Assembly: GCA_045124015.1 (NCBI GenBank) | Contig: JBGVLA010000108.1 | Span: forward strand, 1-52,471 | Source of the DNA: Eubacteriales bacterium | GTDB taxonomy: Bacteria > Bacillota > Clostridia > Oscillospirales > CAG-272 | Length of the DNA: 52,471 nt | Direction: 5' to 3' | Part shown: piece by piece, positions 30,728 to 42,443 of the stretch | Layout: every line of letters starts with the position of its first letter | Numbering within the stretch: position 1 is the first letter of the stretch | Position numbers and translations under genes: made by a program | The notes under the pieces: model-generated | The model's database searches: none | Told to the model about the DNA's origin: nothing | What the model saw: the letters and a program-made list of their open reading frames with translations, nothing else

Positions 30728-30819
30728 AAAAGCTCCCGCAACACGCAGTTTTCTGCGATCCGTTGCGGGAGCTTTTGAATCGTTATGCCCTTGTGTTATA
30801 CAACACAAGGGCATAAAAA
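30728..30819. terminator. Pair of terminators between convergent LRR genes
   Basis: AAAAGCTCCCGCAAC/GTTGCGGGAGCTTTT and TTATGCCCTTGTGTT/AACACAAGGGCATAA stems. Confidence 0.75.
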
Positions 30820-30823
30820 GCGG

Positions 30824-32791
30824 TTAATTCTTATAATAATTGACCTTGATCTCCTGCGCGATGCCACCGAGAATGGTGTAGATATGCGGTCTTGCAGAAG
30901 GATCGACGTTAAGCGTCGTAAGAGCAGCACATTCGTAGTTAAAAAGATCTACGCCGGGGAACGTAAGCCCCTTCGGCAAGGTAACGCTCTTAAGCGAGCT
31001 ACAACCGATGAAAACGCCATAACCGATCGATTTTGTGTTCGAGGAGATTTGGAAAGCAGGAATACTTGCACAATAACTGAAAGCATAGTTGCCGATCGTT
31101 TCCACATTGAAACCGCCCGAGATAGAAGAGAGCGCCGTGCAGAATGCAAAAGCATCGGCATCGATCTTCTTCAGCGAATTCGGAAGAACGACCTTTTCTA
31201 CGCTGAGCATACGGTAAAAGGCACTGTTGCCGATCTCAACCAAGGTTTCGGGAAGCGCGAGCTCCTTCACGTTGTAGCTGATATTGTACTTGGAACGGCC
31301 CGATTCACTAAGACCCGAAGTATCCGTAGGAACATATGCAATATCCCAACCGCTGAGCGCGGAGCCTGCGATCTTTTTAACACCATCGGGAACGGTGATC
31401 TTCGTCTGTCCATCCGCAACATATGCGGCAAGGAGGATGTGGTCGCCCGTAATGAAATAACGGTCAGCCTCCGATTCCGCTTTGGATGCTTCCTGCATAA
31501 AGCTTTCATAAGCACCTGTACCGGCAAACGCATACGCGCTGACAGTTTCTACGCTGACAGGAAGCGCCATCGATTCAATGCCATAGCATCCCTGGAAGGC
31601 GTAGCTGCCAACGCTCTTCAAATTGGAACACTTGGAAAAATCGACATTCGCCGTGGTTTTGATGGTCTCATCTTCAATATAAATGTTGAAGGCACTGTCT
31701 CCAATGGTCGTAACGCCTGCAGGGAGCTCGACATACCGGAGATTATAACAGCCTGCAAATGCAGATGTGCCGATCGCGGTAACGGTTTCGGGAAGAACGA
31801 GCGTCTCCAGCTCAGCTGCGTATTTATAGCCGTATTCTGCCGCCTGATCTTCGTTTTCTGCATTCCAAAAAGCCGTGCCGCCAATCGCTTTGATCGGCTT
31901 ATCGGAGATATCCAAAAAATTGGGATGGACTGCACATTTGATCAAAACACCATCGCCCACGATCAAATAATCCTCGTCATTTTCCTGATACCAAGGTGTA
32001 AAATTGAATGCGGCATAATCGACCATCTTGACCGAATCTGCGATCGTTACGTCAGAAAGACGTGTGCAATTATAAAACGCAAGCTTACCGATCAGCTCTA
32101 CCCCACTCGGGATCGTAACAGAGCGAAGCATCGCACAGCCCATAAAAGCGTAGTCGCCTATGGTTTTCAGCGCACGAACCTCGGAAAGATTTGTTTCGGA
32201 AAGATTGACACATTGCGCAAACGCCCACACACTAAGCTGTTCAAGCTCCTCGGAAAAGGTTACGCTTTCCAAAGCAGAGCAATACCAAAATGCGCCGTCA
32301 TCAATATAACGGATATGTTCCATAGAGATGCTTTCCAATGCCGTACAGCCGTAAAACGTATACTGTCCGATACGATCGATTGAGGAAGGCAATGTGATCT
32401 CCGTCAAAGAGGTACAATCATAAAATGCATACGAGCCAAGCTCCTGCACGCCATCTTCGATAACGACCTTTTCGAGAGAAGTGCATCCTTGAAAAGCACC
32501 GGAGCCGATAAATTCGACATGAGAGCCGATCACGACCTCCCTAAGACTTTCATCTCCGGAAAATGCGCTTTCCGCAATTGCCGTGATCGTTTCGGGAACG
32601 ACGTATACACCGTTTTCGTCCGCCTGACCAACGCAGGAAACGAGCAAGCCGTCATCGACGTGATAGGATTTCGGATAAGATTTGTCTGTGTTCGTCGAGG
32701 TTGTCGTTTCATTGACGCTCGGCGTATCGCAAGAGGTAAAAGCTACGGCAGAAATACACGCCGCAAGACATAATGCAATCAGTTTTTTCAT
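30824..32791 (-). CDS. BspA-type leucine-rich-repeat (LRR_5) surface lipoprotein
   Basis: MKKLIALCLAACISAVAFTSC lipobox; IGxxAFxGCxxL repeats. Confidence 0.92.
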   Translation of the reverse strand: MKKLIALCLAACISAVAFTSCDTPSVNETTTSTNTDKSYPKSYHVDDGLLVSCVGQADENGVYVVPETITAIAESAFSGDESLREVVIGSHVEFIGSGAFQGCTSLEKVVIEDGVQELGSYAFYDCTSLTEITLPSSIDRIGQYTFYGCTALESISMEHIRYIDDGAFWYCSALESVTFSEELEQLSVWAFAQCVNLSETNLSEVRALKTIGDYAFMGCAMLRSVTIPSGVELIGKLAFYNCTRLSDVTIADSVKMVDYAAFNFTPWYQENDEDYLIVGDGVLIKCAVHPNFLDISDKPIKAIGGTAFWNAENEDQAAEYGYKYAAELETLVLPETVTAIGTSAFAGCYNLRYVELPAGVTTIGDSAFNIYIEDETIKTTANVDFSKCSNLKSVGSYAFQGCYGIESMALPVSVETVSAYAFAGTGAYESFMQEASKAESEADRYFITGDHILLAAYVADGQTKITVPDGVKKIAGSALSGWDIAYVPTDTSGLSESGRSKYNISYNVKELALPETLVEIGNSAFYRMLSVEKVVLPNSLKKIDADAFAFCTALSSISGGFNVETIGNYAFSYCASIPAFQISSNTKSIGYGVFIGCSSLKSVTLPKGLTFPGVDLFNYECAALTTLNVDPSARPHIYTILGGIAQEIKVNYYKN

Positions 32792-32945
32792 AAATTCACA
32801 TATTCCCTTTGCTTTGAATATTCTTTGATATCGTACTTTATTATTATATAACATTCAGCCAAATATGTCAACCGCGATTCGATGAAGTTCACAATCTTGT
32901 AAAAATCTATTTTCGTTTTCTTCAAGATCGCTTCATTTGACAAAA

Positions 32946-32974
32946 GAAAAACGCGCTCTATTGAGCGCGTTTTT
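32946..32974 (-). terminator. Terminator after tRNA-Gly
   Basis: AAAAACGCGCTC-tatt-GAGCGCGTTTTT directly after the CCA. Confidence 0.75.
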
Positions 32975-33050
32975 TGGAGCGGATTACGGGGCTCGAACCC
33001 GCCACCTCGACCTTGGCAAGGTCGCGCTCTACCAAATGAGCTAAATCCGC
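32975..33050 (-). tRNA. tRNA-Gly(GCC)
   Basis: 76-nt cloverleaf GCGGATT...AATCCGCTCCA, anticodon loop TTGCCAA; own TTGACA-17-TATACT promoter at 33107-33079. Confidence 0.97.
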
Positions 33051-33168
33051 AGATGGTGTCTTTTCAATCGACTTCGACAGTATAACACAAGTTTATGTCG
33101 TTGTCAATAGTTTTTCGGAATTTTCTAAAAAAATTTTTGACCTCCGCATTGCGGAGGTCAAATTTGAT

Positions 33169-33837
33169 TCAATTGTCAATCGGATGATTGATCTTTTCCA
33201 AAGCGGGCTCAACGATACGTGCGCCCTTTTTGAATTTTTTATAGATTTTTTCGTCATGATGAACGTCGCTGCCGACGGCATAGACCCAACCGTTTGCCAC
33301 CCAACGTTTTGCACGAGAGCGTTCACGGAAGCTACAGATATCTTCCATATTGAGCTGAAGCTTTGCACCGAGCATCACCATGCGCTCTACAGATTCCGTC
33401 GGATAACGATTCGGATGCGCCATAAATAGCGTATAACCGTTTTCGATCAAGCGTTCTGCTGTTTCAAAAAGCTCATCCGTATGCGCGGAAATATCAAACG
33501 GCATCTCCCAAAGGATAATATTCGTACCCTCAAGCGTAAGCTTTTCGATGCCCTGCATCTGATCAATGCCTTCACAAGCAAGAACCTCTACACCAAGGAG
33601 CACCTTGGGAGTATCCTCTCCGCAAAGCTCAGCAATGCGATGATATGCCGCTTCTCTGCGCTTCAAAAAGTCCTCCACACGATGTCTGTGCGGATAAAAA
33701 TGCGGAGTCGCCGCGATCGTTTCAATGCCTGCCGCACGGGCTGCACGCAAGATCGTCATCGCTTCGTTTCGATCCGAGGCGCCGTGGTCGGCACCGGGAA
33801 GGATATGAGAATGAAAGTCAAATGTGATCGTAGCCAT
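33169..33837 (-). CDS. PHP-family phosphotyrosine phosphatase (CpsB/CapC/YwqE-like)
   Basis: DFHSHILPG, ATPHFYP, AHPNRY, GSDVHH; translationally coupled to the BY-kinase. Confidence 0.9.
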   Translation of the reverse strand: MATITFDFHSHILPGADHGASDRNEAMTILRAARAAGIETIAATPHFYPHRHRVEDFLKRREAAYHRIAELCGEDTPKVLLGVEVLACEGIDQMQGIEKLTLEGTNIILWEMPFDISAHTDELFETAERLIENGYTLFMAHPNRYPTESVERMVMLGAKLQLNMEDICSFRERSRAKRWVANGWVYAVGSDVHHDEKIYKKFKKGARIVEPALEKINHPIDN

Positions 33838-35342
33838 TATTTTGTTTTACCCGCGCTCTTATTACCGGTAGTCGGCATAGAAATTTTTTCATGTTCATCT
33901 TCATTTGAACCATAGTAGCTATAGCTACCGTACTTGCCGTACTTGCCATATTTGCCGTACTTGCCATATTTACCGCCGCCATAGGATGCGGATTTGGGAT
34001 CAACGCCAGCAAGAACGACACCGAGGACCTTACCTTCGACCTGTTCAAGAGAAGCAAGCGCTTCCTTGAGACCGGAAACGGTAGAATAACCGGAGAAGGA
34101 TACCATGATATAACCATCAACAAGCTTCGTGATGATCGCCGCGTCCGTAACGATGTTAAGCGGAGGCATATCGAAAATGATATAATCGAAACGATCTTCG
34201 CAAGCCTCAACGATAGATTTCAAGCGAGGAGAAGAAAGAAGATCTGCCGCATTATCACTGGTCTTACCGGAAGTCATAACGAAGAGGTTCTGATATGCAG
34301 TCTTATGAACGGGGATATCGCTGCAAATACCGGCAATGCATTCAGAGAGACCGTATTTTGCTTTTACCTGGAACATTTTGCCCGCACGAGGCTTTCTCAT
34401 ATCGGCGTCGATAAGCAATACGTTTGCACCATTCTGTGCAAGTGCGATCGCAAGATTGCAACAAGCTGTGGTCTTGCCTTCGCCGGAGAATGCACTGGAA
34501 ACAGCGATCTTTTTACAACCATCACCGATAGGAAGATATGTAATATTGGTTCTCGCCATGCGGTATGCTTCTACTACGTTGAAGGGCGTGCTGTCGCTGA
34601 GAAGTCTCATACGGTCTTCTTCAATCGAGGCATGCGCATGCTTCGCATCGCGTTTTCTTGTCTTTTGACCCGCAACCGCGTTATCGGGGATAACGCCGAG
34701 CGTCGGGATCTTGAAGTTGGTGGCAAGATCTTCTCTTGTATAGATCTTATTATCCAACATTTTAATAAGGAACACAACAACAAACGCTACAACAACAGCG
34801 ATCATTGCGCAAAGAACGGCGTTTCTCATCACAGGATGATCTTCCGTAACATATTCTGTCTTCGCAGTGTCGATAACTTCAACATAACCCGCTTTGGTAA
34901 TACGGATGAGCTCCTCAGGAAGGATCTCAACGAGCTTGTTACAAATATCGACTGCCATAATAGGATCGTTGCAAGTAATGGAAAGGCTGAAAACTTCTGT
35001 ATTGTTGAGGGATGCGCCATTAAGCATTTTAGAAACATTCTTTACTGTAAGTACCGGATACTTTCCCTTCAGACCTTCTACAATCTGTTCAGAAATGGTC
35101 TTGCTCTTAATGATTTCAAGATATGTGCTTACCAAGCTTTTGGAATATGTAAGCTCTGCACTCGTCTGGCTACCTTCATCGTCGCTTCCTACATACATGG
35201 ACGCAGAGGCAGTGTACTGCGGATCCACAGCGAACGTTGTCCAAAAAAATCCAAGAAGACCGCCGCAGAGTGCTACAACGATAAGCAAAATGAGATTCTT
35301 TTTGAGTAGTTGCAAAATGTCCTGAATCGAGATTTCTTCCAT
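33837..35342 (-). CDS. Fused Wzz/CpsC-CpsD polysaccharide-biosynthesis tyrosine autokinase
   Basis: Two TM segments, EAYRMARTN, Walker A SGEGKTT, LIDADMRKP, IIFDMPP, C-terminal Tyr cluster. Confidence 0.92.
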   Translation of the reverse strand: MEEISIQDILQLLKKNLILLIVVALCGGLLGFFWTTFAVDPQYTASASMYVGSDDEGSQTSAELTYSKSLVSTYLEIIKSKTISEQIVEGLKGKYPVLTVKNVSKMLNGASLNNTEVFSLSITCNDPIMAVDICNKLVEILPEELIRITKAGYVEVIDTAKTEYVTEDHPVMRNAVLCAMIAVVVAFVVVFLIKMLDNKIYTREDLATNFKIPTLGVIPDNAVAGQKTRKRDAKHAHASIEEDRMRLLSDSTPFNVVEAYRMARTNITYLPIGDGCKKIAVSSAFSGEGKTTACCNLAIALAQNGANVLLIDADMRKPRAGKMFQVKAKYGLSECIAGICSDIPVHKTAYQNLFVMTSGKTSDNAADLLSSPRLKSIVEACEDRFDYIIFDMPPLNIVTDAAIITKLVDGYIMVSFSGYSTVSGLKEALASLEQVEGKVLGVVLAGVDPKSASYGGGKYGKYGKYGKYGKYGSYSYYGSNEDEHEKISMPTTGNKSAGKTK

Positions 35343-35387
35343 GAGTATTTTCTCCTTAAAATTTAATAATAATCAGATTTTTCAGTG

Positions 35388-36506
35388 TCAAAACGTCATT
35401 CCCGCAATTTCGGCAATGATCTTGTTCATCTCACCCATACGCTCATACATCTCTTCTGCCAATTTGAGCTGGCAACGGGTACGAACCAAGTTATGACCGC
35501 GATAACGCGTCTTAAAATACTGGTCGCCCGTGATATAGTCGTCAAGGAAGCGCACGGCAACCTCGACAGTCATTACGAAAGCACCAAGTGCCATCGTCTT
35601 GATCTCAATGGGTGTCAAGATCGGAGCAACCTCGGGAACAAAGCCCTCCGCAAAGGCACGGAAGCGTTCGATATCAAGGCTGACCTTGGAAAGGTCGGGT
35701 TCGTCCTCTGCCGCGGTATTCGCCGCAAAGCGGATCGCATCGCCAAAGTCATGCGCCACAAGCCCCGGCATAACGGTATCCAAATCGATGACCGTTTTCG
35801 CCTCACCCGTATCCTTATCAAAGAGAATATTATTGATCTTCGTATCGTTATGTGTAACACGAAGCGTCATTTCCTGAGAATCGATCAGTTCATTGAAGCG
35901 GACCGCAAGCGGCTTGAGACGCCTGATCTGCGCAAGCTCTTCCTGTACCTCATCCACTCTGCCGCAGGGATCCTCGTTTGCATGACGCATCAAAACGGCA
36001 ATGCGGCTACGGGTATTATGGAAATTCGGGATCGTTTCGTAAAGCTCTGTCGCATCAAAATCAGCAAGCATCATTTGGAAATTACCAAACGCCTTACCTG
36101 CGGAACGGAGTCTATCGAGATCATCACATTCGTTATATGTAACGGAATTCGGAACGAATTCCGAAATACGCCAAAAGCCTTGATCATCCACGAAATAATT
36201 CTTTCCGTTTTCACGATGCGCAAAATGCATCACAAGGTCGCGGCTCTTGCCTTCTGCTTCGAGTTTGTTTGCAATATGCGTCGTGATCTTTTCGATATTG
36301 CTCATGATCTGCTTCGGGTTTTTGAAAACGAAAATATTAATCTTTTGGAAAATATATCGTTGTTCCTTACCCTCATGCTCCATCAAAACATCGTAAGTAC
36401 CGTTGATATTGCCATGACTGATGGTTTTAATTACTTTGATTTCACCGGGGATACAAAACATTTTTGCAAGCTCTGCAAAATTATGCTGTGGCACATTCAC
36501 TGTCAT
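35388..36506 (-). CDS. APH-superfamily sugar kinase (N-acetylhexosamine 1-kinase-like)
   Basis: GNINGTY, YETIPNFHNT, VTHNDTKINNILFD, VIDLDTVMPG, DFGDAIR, RFLDDYITGDQYFK. Confidence 0.82.
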   Translation of the reverse strand: MTVNVPQHNFAELAKMFCIPGEIKVIKTISHGNINGTYDVLMEHEGKEQRYIFQKINIFVFKNPKQIMSNIEKITTHIANKLEAEGKSRDLVMHFAHRENGKNYFVDDQGFWRISEFVPNSVTYNECDDLDRLRSAGKAFGNFQMMLADFDATELYETIPNFHNTRSRIAVLMRHANEDPCGRVDEVQEELAQIRRLKPLAVRFNELIDSQEMTLRVTHNDTKINNILFDKDTGEAKTVIDLDTVMPGLVAHDFGDAIRFAANTAAEDEPDLSKVSLDIERFRAFAEGFVPEVAPILTPIEIKTMALGAFVMTVEVAVRFLDDYITGDQYFKTRYRGHNLVRTRCQLKLAEEMYERMGEMNKIIAEIAGMTF

Positions 36507-36696
36507 AACACCGCCTTTTGAAAAATTATCGTAATTTTTATATACTTGAACCAAAAAATGATATCATCATGAAAGAAATGATAGTTTGACAGACCAATAT
36601 CATACATATTTATTATACACGCTATTTTGTCAAATGTCAATAGAAATAAAAAAATGAGGATTGCCATTTTCGGGCAATCCTCATAAACTGACAATA

Positions 36697-37098
36697 TTAT
36701 TTTTTTTCGTAAACCGAAATACGGGCAAGCGCACGCGCAAGCTTTGCCTTTGCAATACGCTCCGATTTATCATCCTTGGCAGAAGCGATCGCTTGTTCCG
36801 CGCGTTCCATCGCGGCTTTGGCACGGTCGATATCGATCGTGTCTGCAAATTCAAAAGTAATGGCGCAAAGCTTCACTTCCCCACCCTTGACAGAGAGAAA
36901 ACCGCCCGAGCAGGAAGCCATACGGCTTTGACCGTCCGCAAGGATACGCGCTCTGCCGACGCCGACAGAGGCAAACATATCCGTATGACCGCGCATGACC
37001 TCTACGTCGCCCTCGCCTGTACGGACAAGAAGGCTTTCCGCGTCTCCGTCAAAAAGAAGTCCTTCCGGCGTTACGATTTGCAAATGAAACGGTTTCAT
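36697..37098 (-). CDS. atpC: ATP synthase F1 epsilon
   Basis: LQIVTPEG, GEGDVEVMRGH, IDIDRAKAAMERAE; last gene of the atp operon. Confidence 0.94.
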   Translation of the reverse strand: MKPFHLQIVTPEGLLFDGDAESLLVRTGEGDVEVMRGHTDMFASVGVGRARILADGQSRMASCSGGFLSVKGGEVKLCAITFEFADTIDIDRAKAAMERAEQAIASAKDDKSERIAKAKLARALARISVYEKK

Positions 37099-37125
37099 AG
37101 ATTCACCGATCCTTTCGTCAAACGT

Positions 37126-38568
<1,443 letters not shown>

Positions 38569-38576
38569 TCATGGAT

Positions 38577-39413
38577 TTACAGCGCTTCCGCGCCCGATAC
38601 GATTTCCGTGATCTCCTGCGTGATGACAGCCTGACGCGCACGGTTATATTGCAGCATGAGACTATCGATCATCTCGCCTGCGTTTTTGTTCGCGGCGCTC
38701 ATGGCGCTTCTTCTGGCACCCGATTCCGAAGCGACCGATTCGCTGATCACGGAATAGAAGATACCGCCGACATAGTCGGGAACGATATCCGCAAGAAGAA
38801 CTTCGGCATCGCCCTCGAAAATGGGATCGCTCTCGCTCTTTCCCGAGGGAAGCGCGAGAGGAAGGATATCCTCATAAACGGGGACCTGAGAGATCATGGA
38901 AACGAATTTTGTGTAAACGAAAACGACCTTTGTGATCTCGCGAAGGCGGAAGCTTTCACAGATCGCTTCTGCCAAAGCCAGCGAATCGCCAACGCCGAGC
39001 GTTGCGACGTATTCGCACGCCTCGGAATAGAGCGGATATCCTCTGTGTCGGCAGTATTCCAGCGCCTTTTTGCCGACGGGAAGATACAGTGCATCCTTTC
39101 CCTTTGCAAGCTGCTCGGTCATGCGGAAAATATTGGCGTTATAGCCGCCCGCAAGACCGCGGTCGCCCGCGATCATCACGAAAAGCGTTTTGCCCTCGGC
39201 GGATTTCGTCCAAACGGATTCACGCGCCTCGGGAATTTCGGAAAGCGCGGTGATGGCGTTTTCCAAAACCTCATAAAAAGGACGGGTCTTTTCCGCGCGT
39301 TCCTTGGCGCGGCGCAGCTTGGATGTGGCAACAAGCTCCATTGCCTTTGTGATCTGCATGGTGCTTTGCACGCTTTTGATGCGCGCTTTCACATCGTTCA
39401 TGGATGCGGACAT
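38577..39413 (-). CDS. atpG: ATP synthase F1 gamma
   Basis: QITKAMELVA, DRGLAGGYN, YNRARQAVITQEITEIVSGA. Confidence 0.97.
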   Translation of the reverse strand: MSASMNDVKARIKSVQSTMQITKAMELVATSKLRRAKERAEKTRPFYEVLENAITALSEIPEARESVWTKSAEGKTLFVMIAGDRGLAGGYNANIFRMTEQLAKGKDALYLPVGKKALEYCRHRGYPLYSEACEYVATLGVGDSLALAEAICESFRLREITKVVFVYTKFVSMISQVPVYEDILPLALPSGKSESDPIFEGDAEVLLADIVPDYVGGIFYSVISESVASESGARRSAMSAANKNAGEMIDSLMLQYNRARQAVITQEITEIVSGAEAL

Positions 39414-39427
39414 ACGATCACTCCTTT

Positions 39428-40942
39428 TTACGCTTTATTTAAGAATTTATCTTTGCAAGTGAGAATGGCTTCTTTCAGCTCTGCCGTGGTCTCGTCTGTG
39501 AGAACGCCCGTTTCGCGGATATTTTTCAAAAGCTCGTCCTTTGTGGCAACGAGATATTCAAAAAGCTCTTTCTCAAAGCGAGAGATCTGTGCCACGGGAA
39601 TTTCGCGGAGAAGATTGTTTACGACCGCGTAGATAATCGCGATCTGAAGCTCAACGGCAAGCGGAGAGTTTCTATCCTGCTTGAGGACCTCCACGATGCG
39701 TTCGCCCTGCTCGAGACGTGCCTTGGTATCGGCGTCAAGATCGGAGCCGAACTGCGCGAAGCTCTGAAGCTCGCGGTACTGCGAATAGAGAAGCTTCAAA
39801 GTACCCGAAACCTTTTTCATCGCCTTGATCTGCGCGCTGCCGCCGACACGGGAAACGGAGATACCCGGGTTTACCGCGGGGCGTACACCGGCATGGAAAA
39901 GCTCGGTCTCGAGGAATATTTGACCGTCCGTAATGGAAATAACGTTGGTCGGGATATAGGCGGAAACGTCGCCCGCCTGTGTTTCAATGATGGGGAGCGC
40001 CGTAAGCGAACCGCCTCCGCACTCGGGAGAAAGACGCGCCGCACGCTCGAGAAGTCTGGAATGGAGATAGAAAACGTCGCCGGGGTATGCTTCTCGGCCC
40101 GGAGGACGACGGATAAGCAAGGAGAGCGCACGGTAAGCCACCGCGTGCTTGGAAAGGTCGTCGTAAATGATCAGAACGTCCTTGCCCTTATCCATGAAAT
40201 ATTCACCCATCGCACAGCCCGAATAGGGCGCGATGTACTGGAGAGGCGCGGAATCGGATGCCGTCGCGGCAACGACGATGGTATAATCCATCGCGCCGTT
40301 TTTATAAAGGGTATCCACGACGTTCGTTACGGTCGACTGCTTCTGACCGATGGCAACGTAGATACAAATAACGTCCTTGCCCTTTTGGTTGATGATGGTA
40401 TCGGTCGCAATGACGGTCTTACCCGTCTGACGGTCGCCGATGATCAGCTCACGCTGACCGCGTCCGATCGGGATCATGGAGTCGATCGCCTTGATACCCG
40501 TTTGAAGCGGAACGGATACGGATTTTCTTTCGATGATGCCGTATGCCTTTCGTTCGATGGGGCTATATGCCGATTCCTTGATGGGACCCTTGCCATCGAT
40601 GGGCTGACCCAGCGCATCGACAACTCTGCCAATCATATTTTCGCCGACGGGAACGGAAACGACGCGTCCCGTACGCTTGACAAGGCTTCCCTCGCTGATG
40701 CCGACGTCGTTACCGAGAAGGACCGCGCTGACGGTGGTCTCCTCAAGGTTGAGCGCCATGCCGTAGGTGCCGTTGGCAAATTCGAGAAGCTCGTTTGCCT
40801 TGCATTTTTCAATGCCGTGCACCTTGGAGATGCCGTCGCCGACGGAAATGACATAGCCGACCTCGTCCTGCTTGGTCTGTTTATCGTAATTTTTGATTTG
40901 TTCTTTTATGATCTTGCTGATGTCATCGATTTTTGACTTCAT
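39428..40942 (-). CDS. atpA: ATP synthase F1 alpha
   Basis: [38 protein letters not shown]. Confidence 0.98.
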   Translation of the reverse strand: MKSKIDDISKIIKEQIKNYDKQTKQDEVGYVISVGDGISKVHGIEKCKANELLEFANGTYGMALNLEETTVSAVLLGNDVGISEGSLVKRTGRVVSVPVGENMIGRVVDALGQPIDGKGPIKESAYSPIERKAYGIIERKSVSVPLQTGIKAIDSMIPIGRGQRELIIGDRQTGKTVIATDTIINQKGKDVICIYVAIGQKQSTVTNVVDTLYKNGAMDYTIVVAATASDSAPLQYIAPYSGCAMGEYFMDKGKDVLIIYDDLSKHAVAYRALSLLIRRPPGREAYPGDVFYLHSRLLERAARLSPECGGGSLTALPIIETQAGDVSAYIPTNVISITDGQIFLETELFHAGVRPAVNPGISVSRVGGSAQIKAMKKVSGTLKLLYSQYRELQSFAQFGSDLDADTKARLEQGERIVEVLKQDRNSPLAVELQIAIIYAVVNNLLREIPVAQISRFEKELFEYLVATKDELLKNIRETGVLTDETTAELKEAILTCKDKFLNKA

Positions 40943-40992
40943 CTTTGTATTTATTCCTTTCAATAAAGCAAGATTTTGGGGTAATGATCAAA

Positions 40993-41526
40993 TTAGATCA
41001 CAAGTCCCTTGAGGCTCTTTTCGAGCGTTTCAAGTCTTGTTTTCACCGAGCCATCAAGCTGAACGCCTGCATAGCGGAGCGTTACGCCGCCAAGGATCGA
41101 GGCATCCACGATGTTTTCGATGAAGATATGTTTTCCTGTTTGAAGCTCCAGCTTTTTCGTCATAGCATCAAGCTGTTCTCGGCTCATGGGGATCGCCGTG
41201 ATCGCCTGCACGCGCAGATTTCCGCGCGATTCATCATAAAGAGCGGTGAAAACCTCCGCAACCTTTGGCATATCGTGGGTCGCGTGCTTTTCACAGAGGA
41301 TCTTCAAAAGGTTTTTCACGTTCGCGTCAATCTCTGCGAACGCTTCGTCGATCAGCCCAAGCTTTGTTTCCACAGGGAGCGCAGGCGTATCCAAAAGTGT
41401 TTCATATGTCGGATTTTCATGCATCGCATCCTTCACGAGAAGGATATCACGCATAGCGTTTTCCGTTTTTCCTTCTTCTTCTGAGAGAAGAAAGATGGCT
41501 TTTCCGTATTCTTTCGCGTCGATCAT
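40993..41526 (-). CDS. atpH: ATP synthase F1 delta
   Basis: AKEYGKAIF, VDASILGG, LDGSVKTRL; operon position. Confidence 0.93.
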   Translation of the reverse strand: MIDAKEYGKAIFLLSEEEGKTENAMRDILLVKDAMHENPTYETLLDTPALPVETKLGLIDEAFAEIDANVKNLLKILCEKHATHDMPKVAEVFTALYDESRGNLRVQAITAIPMSREQLDAMTKKLELQTGKHIFIENIVDASILGGVTLRYAGVQLDGSVKTRLETLEKSLKGLVI

Positions 41527-42041
41527 GCTTTTTCACCCATTTGGCGGATGAAATCATCGATCATCGCCGCGTGTTCTTGTTTGTCAACGTCTCGTTCAAT
41601 GACAGCGGCAGCAATGCCGATCGCCATATCGGAAACCTCGTCCTTGACCTCGTTGATGGCGCGTTTCTTTTCAAGCTCGACCTGCTCCTCTGCGCGCTTT
41701 AGCGTGCGAGCGGCCTTTTCATTTGCTTCCTGCAAAATCTCTTCCTCGCGGAGCTGTGCCTTACGCACTGCCTTTTTGAGGATATCCTCGCTTTTTTCCT
41801 CCGCGTGCTTCATTTTTTCTTCGTATTCCGCTTTCATAAGGGCGGCATCACGACGCGAGGATTCCGCTTCGTCATACATATCGTCGACTTCCTTTTGACG
41901 GGAATCGATCATATTTTTGATGGGCTTAAAAAGAATTTTGCGAAGAACGAGATACAGAACCAAAAGGTTTATCCAGGCGAAGATCATCGTCCAGAAATTC
42001 ACGCCGACAAAGCCTTCAAATGCATTCAGAAAGTCGTTCAT
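41523..42041 (-). CDS. atpF: ATP synthase Fo b
   Basis: N-terminal TM INLLVLYLVLRKILFKPI followed by a charged coiled coil. Confidence 0.94.
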   Translation of the reverse strand: MNDFLNAFEGFVGVNFWTMIFAWINLLVLYLVLRKILFKPIKNMIDSRQKEVDDMYDEAESSRRDAALMKAEYEEKMKHAEEKSEDILKKAVRKAQLREEEILQEANEKAARTLKRAEEQVELEKKRAINEVKDEVSDMAIGIAAAVIERDVDKQEHAAMIDDFIRQMGEKA

Positions 42042-42084
42042 AAAACTCTCCCTTTTTCAAGTTTTTTCGGTTGTGATGGGAAAA

Positions 42085-42381
<297 letters not shown>

Positions 42382-42443
42382 TTATTTTTTGATTTTTATT
42401 TGCACAAAAGCGAAGCTTTTGAACCATTTCTTTTCTCTGAAAA

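Noticed and set aside
28209-32791. DGR target or phase-variable shufflon in the LRR genes
   Set aside because: No reverse transcriptase, template/variable repeat pair or recombinase; the repeats are protein-level and degenerate in DNA.
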